From Planctomycetota bacterium (GTDB taxonomy: Bacteria > Planctomycetota > UBA11346): a stretch of 64,000 nt of DNA. The DNA lies in NCBI GenBank assembly GCA_038213805.1, contig JBBQSO010000017.1:9751-73750 (forward strand), written 5' to 3'. The first letter of the stretch is position 1; each line of letters begins with the position of its first letter. The position numbers and the translations under genes were made by a program. Of the stretch, positions 29,059-38,541 are shown one piece after another. The notes below the pieces were generated by a model that was not told the origin of the DNA, searched no databases, and saw only the letters and a program-made list of their open reading frames with translations.

Positions 29059-30057
29059 TTACTTACGTGCCTCCGGCAGCCCCAGCTTCCCTGTCGGCAC
29101 CGCCGGACCCGTCCCCGGCACGAACAGGCGGAGCGCCTGCCCATACGCCAGTCGGCTCGCCACGCGTGCATTCACCACCATCTGCAGACGCTCGCGCTGG
29201 TCGACCTCCTGCAGGGTGATGAGCGCCGCCGCGAACGTCTTGCTGCCATCGCCTGGCACGACCGCTGTCACCGCCCCTGGGGTCAGCTGTTTCGCCCGCG
29301 CCGCGCTGCACCACGGCACCGTGAACGACACCGCGCCGGTCAGCACGTCGACATCCGTGACATAGCACGGCAGACCCAGGCGATCCTCGTCCTGGTGGTG
29401 CTTGGCGTCCTGCAGCGCTGCGATCTCCTTGTCGCCGTTGCGATCGGCGATTTCCACCGTGACCTTGACCCCGTCCTTCAAAACCTGCTGCAGAATGACC
29501 TCGTCACCGACCGCCAGCCCGTCGATGCCCGTCGCCGTGGCACCCTTCCAGACCTTTACCGCCGCATCGTAGTGGAAGCGGTTATAAAGATCCTTGCCTT
29601 TGCTGCCGTCGGGATTCTTCAGCGGACGCGCCGTCACGAAGCTGCGCCCCTCGGGCTCGATGGCGACGACCTTGTCGAAGAACCCATGGCGCGCCGTCAT
29701 GTGCAGCTCGTCCTGCACCGCGCGCGGCCATGTCCACTTCCGCTCGTCGTCAACGTACATGAACAGCATCACGCGCTGCCCGGCGAAGAAGTCCCCCAGC
29801 TCGCCCCACGAATCGCGGTAGTGCAGTTCGGTATCCATGCGGATCGGCACCGTCACCTGGCTGCCATCCTTGTCGAGCACCAGCGTCATGGTGTGCGCCG
29901 TCGCGTCGGTGGACACCACGCAGCCGAAGGCGCGCGCCATCTCATTGAAGGCGTCGCCCTGGAACTTGGCCACCGGGAGCGGCGTCTCGGCCGCGGTGGT
30001 GTGGCAAGCGTTGGCGATGAGCGTGGCGGCGATGGCGATGGACAAGCGGCTGGGCAT
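29059..30057 (-). CDS. Hypothetical secreted protein (332 aa)
   Basis: Has a signal peptide (MPSRLSIAIAATLIANACHTTAAE) and coding-like composition. No family was recognised. Confidence 0.55.
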   Translation of the reverse strand: MPSRLSIAIAATLIANACHTTAAETPLPVAKFQGDAFNEMARAFGCVVSTDATAHTMTLVLDKDGSQVTVPIRMDTELHYRDSWGELGDFFAGQRVMLFMYVDDERKWTWPRAVQDELHMTARHGFFDKVVAIEPEGRSFVTARPLKNPDGSKGKDLYNRFHYDAAVKVWKGATATGIDGLAVGDEVILQQVLKDGVKVTVEIADRNGDKEIAALQDAKHHQDEDRLGLPCYVTDVDVLTGAVSFTVPWCSAARAKQLTPGAVTAVVPGDGSKTFAAALITLQEVDQRERLQMVVNARVASRLAYGQALRLFVPGTGPAVPTGKLGLPEARK

Positions 30058-30350
30058 GGGGGCCTCGACTGCGGAACCTGGGGAGGGGGCAAGCGTTGCC
30101 GGGACGAGCCAGAATGTGGTGCGCGCGGTGCTGTCAGCTCAGCGCGCCAACGGCGCGCACAGACACGCAGCCCAGGGAGACTGTCCGATCGCGACGTTCA
30201 CGCTCAAGGCAGGCGGCCTGCTCAAAATGCGAAAAAATCCGTCGCTTGGTCAACGTCAAACAGCACGTCATCAGCGATACTGAGCCTGCGGAGCAGGCGG
30301 CAGAAATGAGTTCGGGGCGTGAGCCCTGGATCCGCCAACGCCATCCCCCA

Positions 30351-33023
30351 TCACGGAATCGCCCGCAACGTATAATACGCCTCCAACATCTTCCACGCCT
30401 GCGCATCCCCAAAAAGTCCCTTCGTATCGGCGATTTGCAGATGATAGATCCGGTTGAGCCACTTGTCCCCCGTACCGAACCCGTTCACCTCCACGTCCAT
30501 CGCCATGCGATCCGCACGCACCTTCACGCCCACGAGCGCATCCTCCCGCTGATCATGCTCCGGTGATCCGTAATTCCCGGTGTCCGCATAGAAATATGAA
30601 CTGACCTTCAGCGCGCCTACCAGATCCGCATCCTTCACCGCGCCATCTACCGGCCGGGTGAAATGGATCACGAACCCATTCTTGGCCACCGCGACGCGCA
30701 GGATGTCCGCGCCGACGGTCTTCCCGTCATAGCTGATCCGCTGCAGGCGATCCTGCACGCCGCCGTTCGCCGCCCACCCACGCCCGGTCTGCCCGATGAT
30801 CAGGCTGCCATCCGGCAGGAAGCACGGCCGCATCGCCCCTGAGGCCAGCCCGCGAGCGAATGGCATCACGCAGCCCTGGTCGATGCCATTGGTCTGCTCG
30901 GTCACCACGCGCAGCATGGTCGAGAGCGTCTGGTCGCCGATGAACATCTGCTTCTGGTATACTCCGAACCTGCCACCGGTCGTATCCCACGCCGGATTTC
31001 CGGGCGAATTCGCAAGCTTTCCGTGCGGCAGCCAGACTGCGCCCAGCCGGCGCTTGTCCTTCCACAGGTCGAAGTTCACCTCTTTGGAGTCGGGCTTCAA
31101 CTTGCCCGGCAGGTCCACCAGGCTGGAGATGTGGCCATAGAATTTGCCCTGCTCGAGCGGCACGACTTTCGACGAGCCGACGTACTCGCCCTGGTTCTCG
31201 GCGTACCACAGTCGCCCATCCGGATCGAAGCCGATGCCCGCCGGACTGCGCAGTCCATAGGCGAACGGTTCGGTCTTGCCGTCCGGGGTCACGCGCATGG
31301 CCCAGCCGCGGTAACCACCCATCGTTCCCATGTACGGCCCACCCGCGCGCCACGAGGCGCGATTGTTGCCGCTGTGCGACAGGTTGAGGGCGTAGTAGTA
31401 GTTCCCCTGGGCATCGCGCGCCGGCCCATGATTGAACTCATGATAGTTCCCGTGGAACCCGAAGGCATCGCTCACCGTTTCGAAGCGGTCCGCGCGCCCA
31501 TCGCCATTGGTGTCGACCAGGCGGGTCAGCTCGGGCTTCTGGGTCACCACGATCCGGTCGCCCTTGTCGTCCTCGATCACGACGCCCAGGCATTCATAAA
31601 GACCCTCGGCGAACAGCGTCCACTTGTCGTCGCGGATGCGCCACACGCCCGCGGTGCGCGTGCCGACCACGATGGTGCCGTCCTTGGCGACCGCGATGCC
31701 GGTGGGCTCGAACAGCTGATTCCGGCCGAACAGGTCCTTCGGTGCCTCCCAGTCCTCGATCACGTACCCCGCGGGCAGCTCCAGTTTCTTCTTGTCGTCC
31801 TTCGTGGCCGTCCTCACCACCGGCTGCGCGGCCCAGTTCTCGTCGCGGTCCAGGACCGGACGCGCCACCAGGCCGCCAGCGAGGCGCGCGCTCAGGGTGT
31901 GGACCGTCCCCTTCGCCGGGCCGATGGTCCACACGCCGTTGGCGAAGGTGCCGCCCGCGACCGTGACCGCTGAGAGTCCGTTCGCGGACAGGGCGAATTT
32001 CTGCGCCTCTTTCACGGTTCCGGAAATCGCAAACTCGATCCGCCCGTCGCTGGAGAGCGTCACCTTCTCGAGGATGTCATTCGTGCCGACCCGCACGTGG
32101 AAGGTCGGGTCGCCGCTGGCCGGATCGAGCGTGTGGCCCAGGAACGCCGCATCCACCGAGGCGAGCAGCGTGGGGAAATCACGGTCGTCCCACAGCCACT
32201 TCTCGACCGCCTTCTCGTCGTTGATGTCCGGTTCCATGAATTCGAAATCGACCGGCACACCGGCCGGCGTCAGTGGCTGCAGGATGGCGCCGCCCTCGAT
32301 GAAGGCCTGCGCTCCGTGACCCCGCGCCGAGCCCGGCGTGCCACGGCCTTCGCGCTCCTTGCTCAGGTTCAGGAAGCCGCCACCCCAGATGCTGCGCACC
32401 GCCAGGAAACGCGCGTCGAAGGTGTAGTTCATGCCGTTCGGCAGCCCCACGTGCAGCGCCCGCCCGCTCGATCCGTTCAGCGGAGCGCGGAAGACGCGCG
32501 TACGCTTGGTCACCGGCTCCTCATTCGCGATGTCGATGATGTTCTTGGGCACGGCCTTCTGTTCGACCTGCACGGTCACCACCGCCGGTCCGGCCTGTCC
32601 TGCATCGTTCAGCGTGCGCAGGTAGTGCCAGATGTGCTCCACCGCCTGATCGGGCAGCACCTCTTTGGTGAACAACGGCATCGCCGCCACGAAGGCCGTG
32701 CCCGTGGTCGGGCCGCTCTCAGCGATCGCCAGCGCGTCCCAGGATTTGCGCACCGAATCGAGATAGTAGGCCTTGTCTGCCTTCAGCTTCCGCTTCTCGC
32801 CGGACTTCGGGTCGAGGACTTCGCGATCGCGAGGGTCGCTGAGGAAGAGGCCGTGCAGGTTCGGGCCTATGCGAGGGGCGGTGTCGGTCTTGTCGACGGC
32901 GTGGCAGACCACGCAGCCGTAGAGGGCGAACGCCGTCCTGCCTTCCGAAACGGCGTCCACGTCCTGGGACCAGGCGGAAAGGACCAGTGCGGACAGCAGG
33001 GCAACGGATTGGTAGATCTTCAT
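30351..33023 (-). CDS. c-type cytochrome fused to a glucose/sorbosone-dehydrogenase-like beta-propeller (PVC dehydrogenase family)
   Basis: The start is at MKIYQSVALLSALVLSAWS (33023). Contains YGCVVCHAVDKTD (CxxCH at 32901-32915). Later come FGFHGNYHEFNHGPARDAQGNYYYALN and YGLRSPAGIGFDPDGRLWYAENQGEYVG, typical of the soluble sugar dehydrogenase propeller. Confidence 0.75.
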   Translation of the reverse strand: MKIYQSVALLSALVLSAWSQDVDAVSEGRTAFALYGCVVCHAVDKTDTAPRIGPNLHGLFLSDPRDREVLDPKSGEKRKLKADKAYYLDSVRKSWDALAIAESGPTTGTAFVAAMPLFTKEVLPDQAVEHIWHYLRTLNDAGQAGPAVVTVQVEQKAVPKNIIDIANEEPVTKRTRVFRAPLNGSSGRALHVGLPNGMNYTFDARFLAVRSIWGGGFLNLSKEREGRGTPGSARGHGAQAFIEGGAILQPLTPAGVPVDFEFMEPDINDEKAVEKWLWDDRDFPTLLASVDAAFLGHTLDPASGDPTFHVRVGTNDILEKVTLSSDGRIEFAISGTVKEAQKFALSANGLSAVTVAGGTFANGVWTIGPAKGTVHTLSARLAGGLVARPVLDRDENWAAQPVVRTATKDDKKKLELPAGYVIEDWEAPKDLFGRNQLFEPTGIAVAKDGTIVVGTRTAGVWRIRDDKWTLFAEGLYECLGVVIEDDKGDRIVVTQKPELTRLVDTNGDGRADRFETVSDAFGFHGNYHEFNHGPARDAQGNYYYALNLSHSGNNRASWRAGGPYMGTMGGYRGWAMRVTPDGKTEPFAYGLRSPAGIGFDPDGRLWYAENQGEYVGSSKVVPLEQGKFYGHISSLVDLPGKLKPDSKEVNFDLWKDKRRLGAVWLPHGKLANSPGNPAWDTTGGRFGVYQKQMFIGDQTLSTMLRVVTEQTNGIDQGCVMPFARGLASGAMRPCFLPDGSLIIGQTGRGWAANGGVQDRLQRISYDGKTVGADILRVAVAKNGFVIHFTRPVDGAVKDADLVGALKVSSYFYADTGNYGSPEHDQREDALVGVKVRADRMAMDVEVNGFGTGDKWLNRIYHLQIADTKGLFGDAQAWKMLEAYYTLRAIP

Positions 33024-33119
33024 TGGTTCAACCTTGGGACGACATGGCTGGGCGACAAGAATAAAGGTACCGCCAGCGGGCTCATGTGCTGAGGCGAGAC
33101 TCACGCTTCCGATTTTTGA

Positions 33120-33508
33120 CACCAATCCGTGGGGGCAGGGCCTGTCGGTGCGGCGACAAGGACTGCGACCGCCATGCAGGACGGATCCGTGCAGACGCGT
33201 GCGCAGGAGGTGCATGGCTCAGTGCTTGCGCAGCGCGGGACATGACCTGGACACCACCAGGACATGGTCAAACGCCGCATCAGCAGCCCTGTGACGTGAG
33301 TGCTGGGCAGCGCGACCTATTTCACCGCCAAGGATTTTCGCACCTGGCATGCCAGCGCGCAGGCGTGCGCCCTGATCAGCGCCGGGCGCGCGGCGGAGGG
33401 CGCTGCCATGCCCGCATGCAGGTGAATGGGGTGTTGGCGGAGGTCGCAGGCACATACCGGTGCAGGCACCAGGTGTGCGGTTCCCAGGGATGCCACCGAA
33501 CCAGCTGA
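33120..33508 (+). pseudogene. Relic of a type IB DNA topoisomerase gene (C-terminal part only, with in-frame stops and a frameshift)
   Basis: One frame reads ...RAQEVHGSVLAQRGT*PGHHQDMVKRRISSPVT*VLGSATYFTAKDFRTWHASAQACALI...*. FTAKDFRTWHAS matches the conserved TopIB block (human TAKVFRTYNAS; as I recall the bacterial form, FTAKDFRTWxGT). RAQEVHG..LAQR parallels the bacterial RRCQ.LPGQ.LFQY block as recalled. A frame-shifted VLAEVAGT...VCGSQGCHRTS sits where LGNTPAVCRxSYVHP would be, and the catalytic Tyr is lost. Confidence 0.5.
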
Positions 33509-33591
33509 CGCGGGCCCCATGACTCGTGCCCTGCTGTCATTGAACGCATGCAATTTTGGTGTGCTGGCTATAACGCCACGGGAGTTGCGCC

Positions 33592-35100
33592 ATGTCGACC
33601 ATCCTGCCGCCGCCCTCGGCGGTCCAGAGCATCATGGAGCACGTGCCCATCGGCGTGGTGGCATTCGATGCCACCCTGATGGTGATCGGTGCGAGCCGGC
33701 ATGCGACCGCGATGCTCGACTTCACGGATCGCGATCTGGTCGGTATCCCCCTCCATGATGCGATCGCCAGGGCCCTGGGTGAGGAAGCGGCACAGAATCT
33801 TCGCGGTCACGCGGCCGGGGTGATCCAGAGCGGCAAGCCCACGGCATGGAATTCGTGCCGCCTGACGGCGGGGGGCGGGCAGCGCTTCGTGGATTGGGAA
33901 GTGCGCCCCATGGAGATGGCCACGCAGAAGGGCGCGCTGCTGACCCTGATCGATGTCACCGAGCGCGAGCAGGCCAAGATGACCATCGCCGCCACAGAGA
34001 AGAGCCTGCGGCTGTTCTCTGAAGCGGTGCTCGATCATGCACTGATCGTGACGGACGTACGTGGTCGCATCACGGCGTGCAATGCCGGCGCCGCGCTGAT
34101 CACCGGGATCCCCAAGGAGGACCTGGTCGGCAAGCCGATCTCGGTGATCTACACCCGCGACGACATGGTTGCCGGGGTGCCGGAACAGGAATGGCGGACC
34201 GCCGCGAGCGCGGGCAGCGTCGCCCACGTGCGCTGGCACGAACGCACGGACGGTGCGCGCTACTTCGCGAACGGCACCATCACCGCCCACGTCCTGCCCG
34301 ATGAGCTGCCATGCTTCACGGTGGCCTTCCGCGACACCACCCACGAGGTGCGCGAGACCGAACGGCTGGCGCGGCTCAGCACCGAGCGCAAGGAAGCCAT
34401 CGCGACCCTTACCACCGCGAACACCAACCTCGAGCAGTTCGCGGCGGTCGCCTCGCACGACATGCAGGAACCGCTGCGCATGGTGACGAGCTACCTCACG
34501 CTGCTGCGCTCCCGGTTCGGCGACAGCCTCGACGCCAAGGCCAGCGAATACATGGAATTCGCGATCGCCGGGGCCCAGCGCATGGGCCGCCTGATCCGCA
34601 GCCTGCTCGACATCGCGCGCATCGACCATGGCGAGGTGGCCCTGCACGAGGTCAGCGCCGACCTGGCGTTCGAGGAGGCGCAGAAGAACCTCCAGCAGGT
34701 GGTGGCCGAGACCGGTGCCACCATCGCGTGCGGCCGTCTGGGCACGGTGTATGCGGACAAGGACATGCTGGTCCGCCTGTTCCAGAATCTGGTCGGCAAC
34801 GCTCTCAAGTATGTCGCCACGGGGCAGCATCCCCGTGTGCAGGTCTCGGCGCAGGATCTCTCCGGCATGCTCGCGATCCGCATCACCGACAACGGCATCG
34901 GCGTCTCGCCCGCCGACCAGGCGCGCATCTTCGATGCGTTCGAGCGCGTCCATGGGCGCGGGGAATACGGCGGCGCTGGTCTGGGGCTGGCCATCTGCAA
35001 AGGCATCGTGCAGCGGCACGGCGGAACGCTGACCCTGGAGTCCGAGCTGGGGCGCGGGTCGACGTTCACCGTCACGCTGCCGCGCACGACGGCGGGGTGA
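33592..35100 (+). CDS. Soluble PAS-domain sensor histidine kinase (two PAS + HisKA + HATPase_c)
   Basis: Has the H-box FAAVASHDMQEPLRMV, the N-box LFQNLVGNALKY, and the G-boxes DNGIGV and GGAGLGLAICKGIV. There are no TM segments and no adjacent response regulator. Confidence 0.85.
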   Translation: MSTILPPPSAVQSIMEHVPIGVVAFDATLMVIGASRHATAMLDFTDRDLVGIPLHDAIARALGEEAAQNLRGHAAGVIQSGKPTAWNSCRLTAGGGQRFVDWEVRPMEMATQKGALLTLIDVTEREQAKMTIAATEKSLRLFSEAVLDHALIVTDVRGRITACNAGAALITGIPKEDLVGKPISVIYTRDDMVAGVPEQEWRTAASAGSVAHVRWHERTDGARYFANGTITAHVLPDELPCFTVAFRDTTHEVRETERLARLSTERKEAIATLTTANTNLEQFAAVASHDMQEPLRMVTSYLTLLRSRFGDSLDAKASEYMEFAIAGAQRMGRLIRSLLDIARIDHGEVALHEVSADLAFEEAQKNLQQVVAETGATIACGRLGTVYADKDMLVRLFQNLVGNALKYVATGQHPRVQVSAQDLSGMLAIRITDNGIGVSPADQARIFDAFERVHGRGEYGGAGLGLAICKGIVQRHGGTLTLESELGRGSTFTVTLPRTTAG

Positions 35101-35547
35101 GCACAGGGTCTGGGCGGACCGGTCGCAGGCGGGTTCGGCTCCGAGTGCTCGGAGTTCGATGTGCGCGGCAGCCTTACCTCTCGCGCGTTCCGTCTCCTCA
35201 GATTGCCGGGCGCAGCAGCCTGCAGCTGCGCAGTAAGAGCGAGGCCGAGCTGCTGGGGGACGATGCGGTGGCGCCGGGATGCTGGCGCCCTCGGAGTGCC
35301 AGATGCGATGGTCATGGAGCGGTTCTACGCGGCTTGCTCGCGGTCGGCGCATGCATCGCCGATCCAATGGCAAGGAACTGCGGAAAGCGGCAAAAAAGAC
35401 GTCTTGAGACCGGCATGTCCGCCGCGTGCGGTTTGTCCCAGCTTGGGTCCAGATCCCAGGTCTTCCGCGGGTGCGCGCCGCCGCCGTGCCGCCGCCCCTG
35501 TACGATGCAACGAGCGCGGCTACGGTAGGCCACCCGCAGGGCCCACC

Positions 35548-37242
35548 ATGCACCCGCACTTCCACATGATCTGCCGGCTCGCTCTAATCCTGGCGTGTGC
35601 TGGCGCCGCCGCGGGCGCGGACGAGCCTGCGCGGGTCGGGATCACCTATTACGTTTCTCCTACAGGCGACGATGCCACCCCCGGCACGTCGCCCGCCCAG
35701 GCCTGGGCGACCTTGGCGCGCGTCAGTCGCCAGCGTCTGCTGCCCGGCGACCACGTGTTGCTGCAGGGCGGCGCGACGTTCGCGGGTCCGCTGCTGCTCA
35801 CCGCTGAGGATGCCGGCAGCGCCGCGGCGCCGGTGGAGGTCGCTTCTTTCGGCACGGGGCGCGCCACCATCGATGCGGGGCTTGGCTTCGGGGTGCTGGT
35901 CAGCGATGCCGGTGGTATCGAGGTGCGCGACCTGATCTGCCGCGGCACCGACCGCGTGCGCAGCCACGGCAGTGGCGTGGCCATCGTCAACACCCTGCCG
36001 GGCGACGCGCGCCTGGCGCACGTGCGCATCGACCATGTCGAGGCCAGCGGCTTCGGCCGCGCACTGGCCGCGCCCGGGACCAGGCCGGAAGGGCAGCAGA
36101 GCCCGCAGGGCTGCGGCATCATGGTCGGCGGTGATGCGCGCGACGGGTCGCAGAGCGGCTTCGACGACATTGCGATCACTGCCTGCGACCTGCACGACAA
36201 CGCCTACTACGGCATGCTCATCACCGGCGCCTGGGATGCCCACGCGACCGGCTACGCCAACACCGGACTGCGCATCGCCGGCTGCCGCGCGCACGACAAC
36301 CCCGGCGATCCGCTCTATCACGAGAACCACTCGGGCAGTGGCATCCTGGTCGAGGACTGCAGCGGCGGCCTAGTCGAAGGCTGCACCGCCTGGAACAACG
36401 GCGCGCAGTGCCCCGCGGCCCCGGGCGGGCCGTGCGGGATCTGGGCCGCCTCGTGCCATCGCGTCACCATCCAGGACTGCGAAGCCTACGCGAACCACAC
36501 CGGCAACGGGTTGGATGGCGACGGCTTCGACCTTGACGGCGGCTGCACGGAGTGCGTGCTGCAGTACGATTTCAGCCACGACAACGACGGCGCCGGATTC
36601 CTGATCTACACCTACCGCGGCGCGCCGCACACGGATCGCGGCAATGTGGTGCGCTGGAATCTGAGCTGCGACGATGCGCGTACGTTGCCATCCTATGGCG
36701 CGATCTTCGTCGGCAATGACGGCGCGGGCATGGATGGCGTCGAGATCTATCAGAACACCTGCATCGGCAGCGGGGCTGGGGTGGCGTTGATCAACGTCCG
36801 TGGCGCGGGGATCGGCGCCGCCTTCCGCAACAATCTGCTCATCGCCGCGGCGGCCCCGCTGGTGCGCATGGAGCGCGATCTACCGACCGTTTCCTTCACC
36901 GGAAATCTTTACTGGAACCACAATGCGGCGCTCGCGCGTAGCGGCGACCACGACGTCGCCGATCTGGCGGCCTGGCGCGCACTCGGGAAGGAGATGCAGG
37001 CCGGCCGGCCGTGCGGCGCTTTCGCCGATCCGCATCTGGACCTGGCGGCTGCGCGGGGCGATGTGGCCGATGTGCCGCGCTGCGCCAATGTGCACGGCCT
37101 GGTACCACCGGCAGGTTCGCCGGCAGGCACCGCGGCGATCGACCTGCGCGCCTTGCTGGGTGGCGACCTTGGCGGGCGCGATCTCGCGGGCCGGCGTTTG
37201 ACGGCGATCGTCACCGCCGGCGCGTTCATCAGCACTCCGTGA
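35548..37242 (+). CDS. Right-handed parallel beta-helix repeat protein (pectate-lyase-fold), secreted
   Basis: Has a signal peptide, then YYVSPTGDDATPGTSPAQAWATLARV..LLPGDHVLLQGG, and repeated G/N/D-rich beta-helix turns (HDNAYYG, HDNPGD, WNNGA, HDNDGAGF). Confidence 0.7.
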   Translation: MHPHFHMICRLALILACAGAAAGADEPARVGITYYVSPTGDDATPGTSPAQAWATLARVSRQRLLPGDHVLLQGGATFAGPLLLTAEDAGSAAAPVEVASFGTGRATIDAGLGFGVLVSDAGGIEVRDLICRGTDRVRSHGSGVAIVNTLPGDARLAHVRIDHVEASGFGRALAAPGTRPEGQQSPQGCGIMVGGDARDGSQSGFDDIAITACDLHDNAYYGMLITGAWDAHATGYANTGLRIAGCRAHDNPGDPLYHENHSGSGILVEDCSGGLVEGCTAWNNGAQCPAAPGGPCGIWAASCHRVTIQDCEAYANHTGNGLDGDGFDLDGGCTECVLQYDFSHDNDGAGFLIYTYRGAPHTDRGNVVRWNLSCDDARTLPSYGAIFVGNDGAGMDGVEIYQNTCIGSGAGVALINVRGAGIGAAFRNNLLIAAAAPLVRMERDLPTVSFTGNLYWNHNAALARSGDHDVADLAAWRALGKEMQAGRPCGAFADPHLDLAAARGDVADVPRCANVHGLVPPAGSPAGTAAIDLRALLGGDLGGRDLAGRRLTAIVTAGAFISTP

Positions 37243-37275
37243 ACGGGACGCCCGGCGGCGCGCCGGTGCGGGGCC

Positions 37276-38427
37276 TCACTGCAGATGATTCGCCACCACG
37301 CTCATCTGCGGCTTGTCGACGGGCGCGCCGCCCTTGGGGAATTCGGGCTCCAGCGAGTACATGTACGTGCCCCACCAGGGACCGGCGGCCCAGTAGGTGA
37401 AGCCCAGCCACACGTCGCGGTCGTGGTCCATGGCGGCGAGTTCGGCTTCGCCTTCCTGCATGGCGGCGGGCTGCTGGCTCCAGCCGGTCTCGCCGAGCAG
37501 GGCGCGCACGTGGTGCGCCTTCGCCCAGGCGGTGAAGGCGGTCAGGCGCTTGGCACCGGCGCCGGGCACCGCCTCGGCGTGCGAACCGGAATGGTCCTGG
37601 TCGAGGTACTGGTGGACCTCGAAGACGACATTGTCGCCGGGGTCCTTGAAGGTCTCGAAGGCCGCCGCGTTGCCTGACGAGATCCACGAGTGCGCGCCGG
37701 TGTACGCGGTGCCCGGCACGGTGATCAGGTTGCGCGCGCCGGTGGCGCGGATGGCGTCGACCGCCGCCTGCATGAGCTGGGCGTTCAGCTGCGCGCTGTG
37801 CTGGTGCGGCTCGTTCATCAGGCCGAACCACACCAGCGGCCGGTCCTGGTAGCGCTTTGCCAGGCGCACCCACAGGTCGTTGAAATCCGCGCCGCTGAGT
37901 TCCGCATCCATGCCCACGAAGCAGTGCTTGCCGGCGACCGTGCGGCCGCCGTAGTTGTGCACATCGAGCAGCACCGCCAGGCCAAGCTGGTTGGCCTGGG
38001 CGACGCAGCGGTCGAGTTCAGCCACGTCGGCCGGCCGCAGGTCGCCGCGCACGACCGGCTGCACGCGTTCCCACAGGAAGGGGATGCGCACCACGCGCAT
38101 GCCCTTGCTGTGGAAGTAGGCGAACTCCGCCGTGCCCGGATAGGCGTAGGTCTTGCCGAGCTCATCGCCCTTGCCGAATTCGGCGACGGCGAGGTTGACG
38201 CCGGGGTGATAGCCCACGGGACGGTAGGGGGAGGGTGACGGCGTGGCCGCTGCGGAGGATGCTGCCGTCGCAGGCGGCGCCGGGGCGGGAGCGGCCGCAG
38301 GGCTCGCTGCGGGTGCCGCCACCACGGCGTCGGCGGTCGCCGGTGCGCGCGGCGACGCCGGAGCGGGATCGCTGGCGCAGGAGGCGAGTATGGCTGCGAT
38401 CAGGACGGCGGGCAGGAGCGTGCGCAT
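37276..38427 (-). CDS. Glycoside hydrolase family 5 (cellulase-type) lipoprotein
   Basis: Has the lipobox LASC. Contains RIPFLWERVQP, VLLDVHNYG, GLMNEPH (acid/base Glu) and LLGETGWS (nucleophile Glu). Confidence 0.85.
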   Translation of the reverse strand: MRTLLPAVLIAAILASCASDPAPASPRAPATADAVVAAPAASPAAAPAPAPPATAASSAAATPSPSPYRPVGYHPGVNLAVAEFGKGDELGKTYAYPGTAEFAYFHSKGMRVVRIPFLWERVQPVVRGDLRPADVAELDRCVAQANQLGLAVLLDVHNYGGRTVAGKHCFVGMDAELSGADFNDLWVRLAKRYQDRPLVWFGLMNEPHQHSAQLNAQLMQAAVDAIRATGARNLITVPGTAYTGAHSWISSGNAAAFETFKDPGDNVVFEVHQYLDQDHSGSHAEAVPGAGAKRLTAFTAWAKAHHVRALLGETGWSQQPAAMQEGEAELAAMDHDRDVWLGFTYWAAGPWWGTYMYSLEPEFPKGGAPVDKPQMSVVANHLQ

Positions 38428-38541
38428 GGCGATGCCTCGGGGGCGGTGGACGCGTCCGGGGGGAGCGACGAGCGCACCAGGATAGCGGGAGAGGGCCCTC
38501 AGACCATGGGTGGGGTGCCCGACGTCGCGCGCAGGCCGTGG

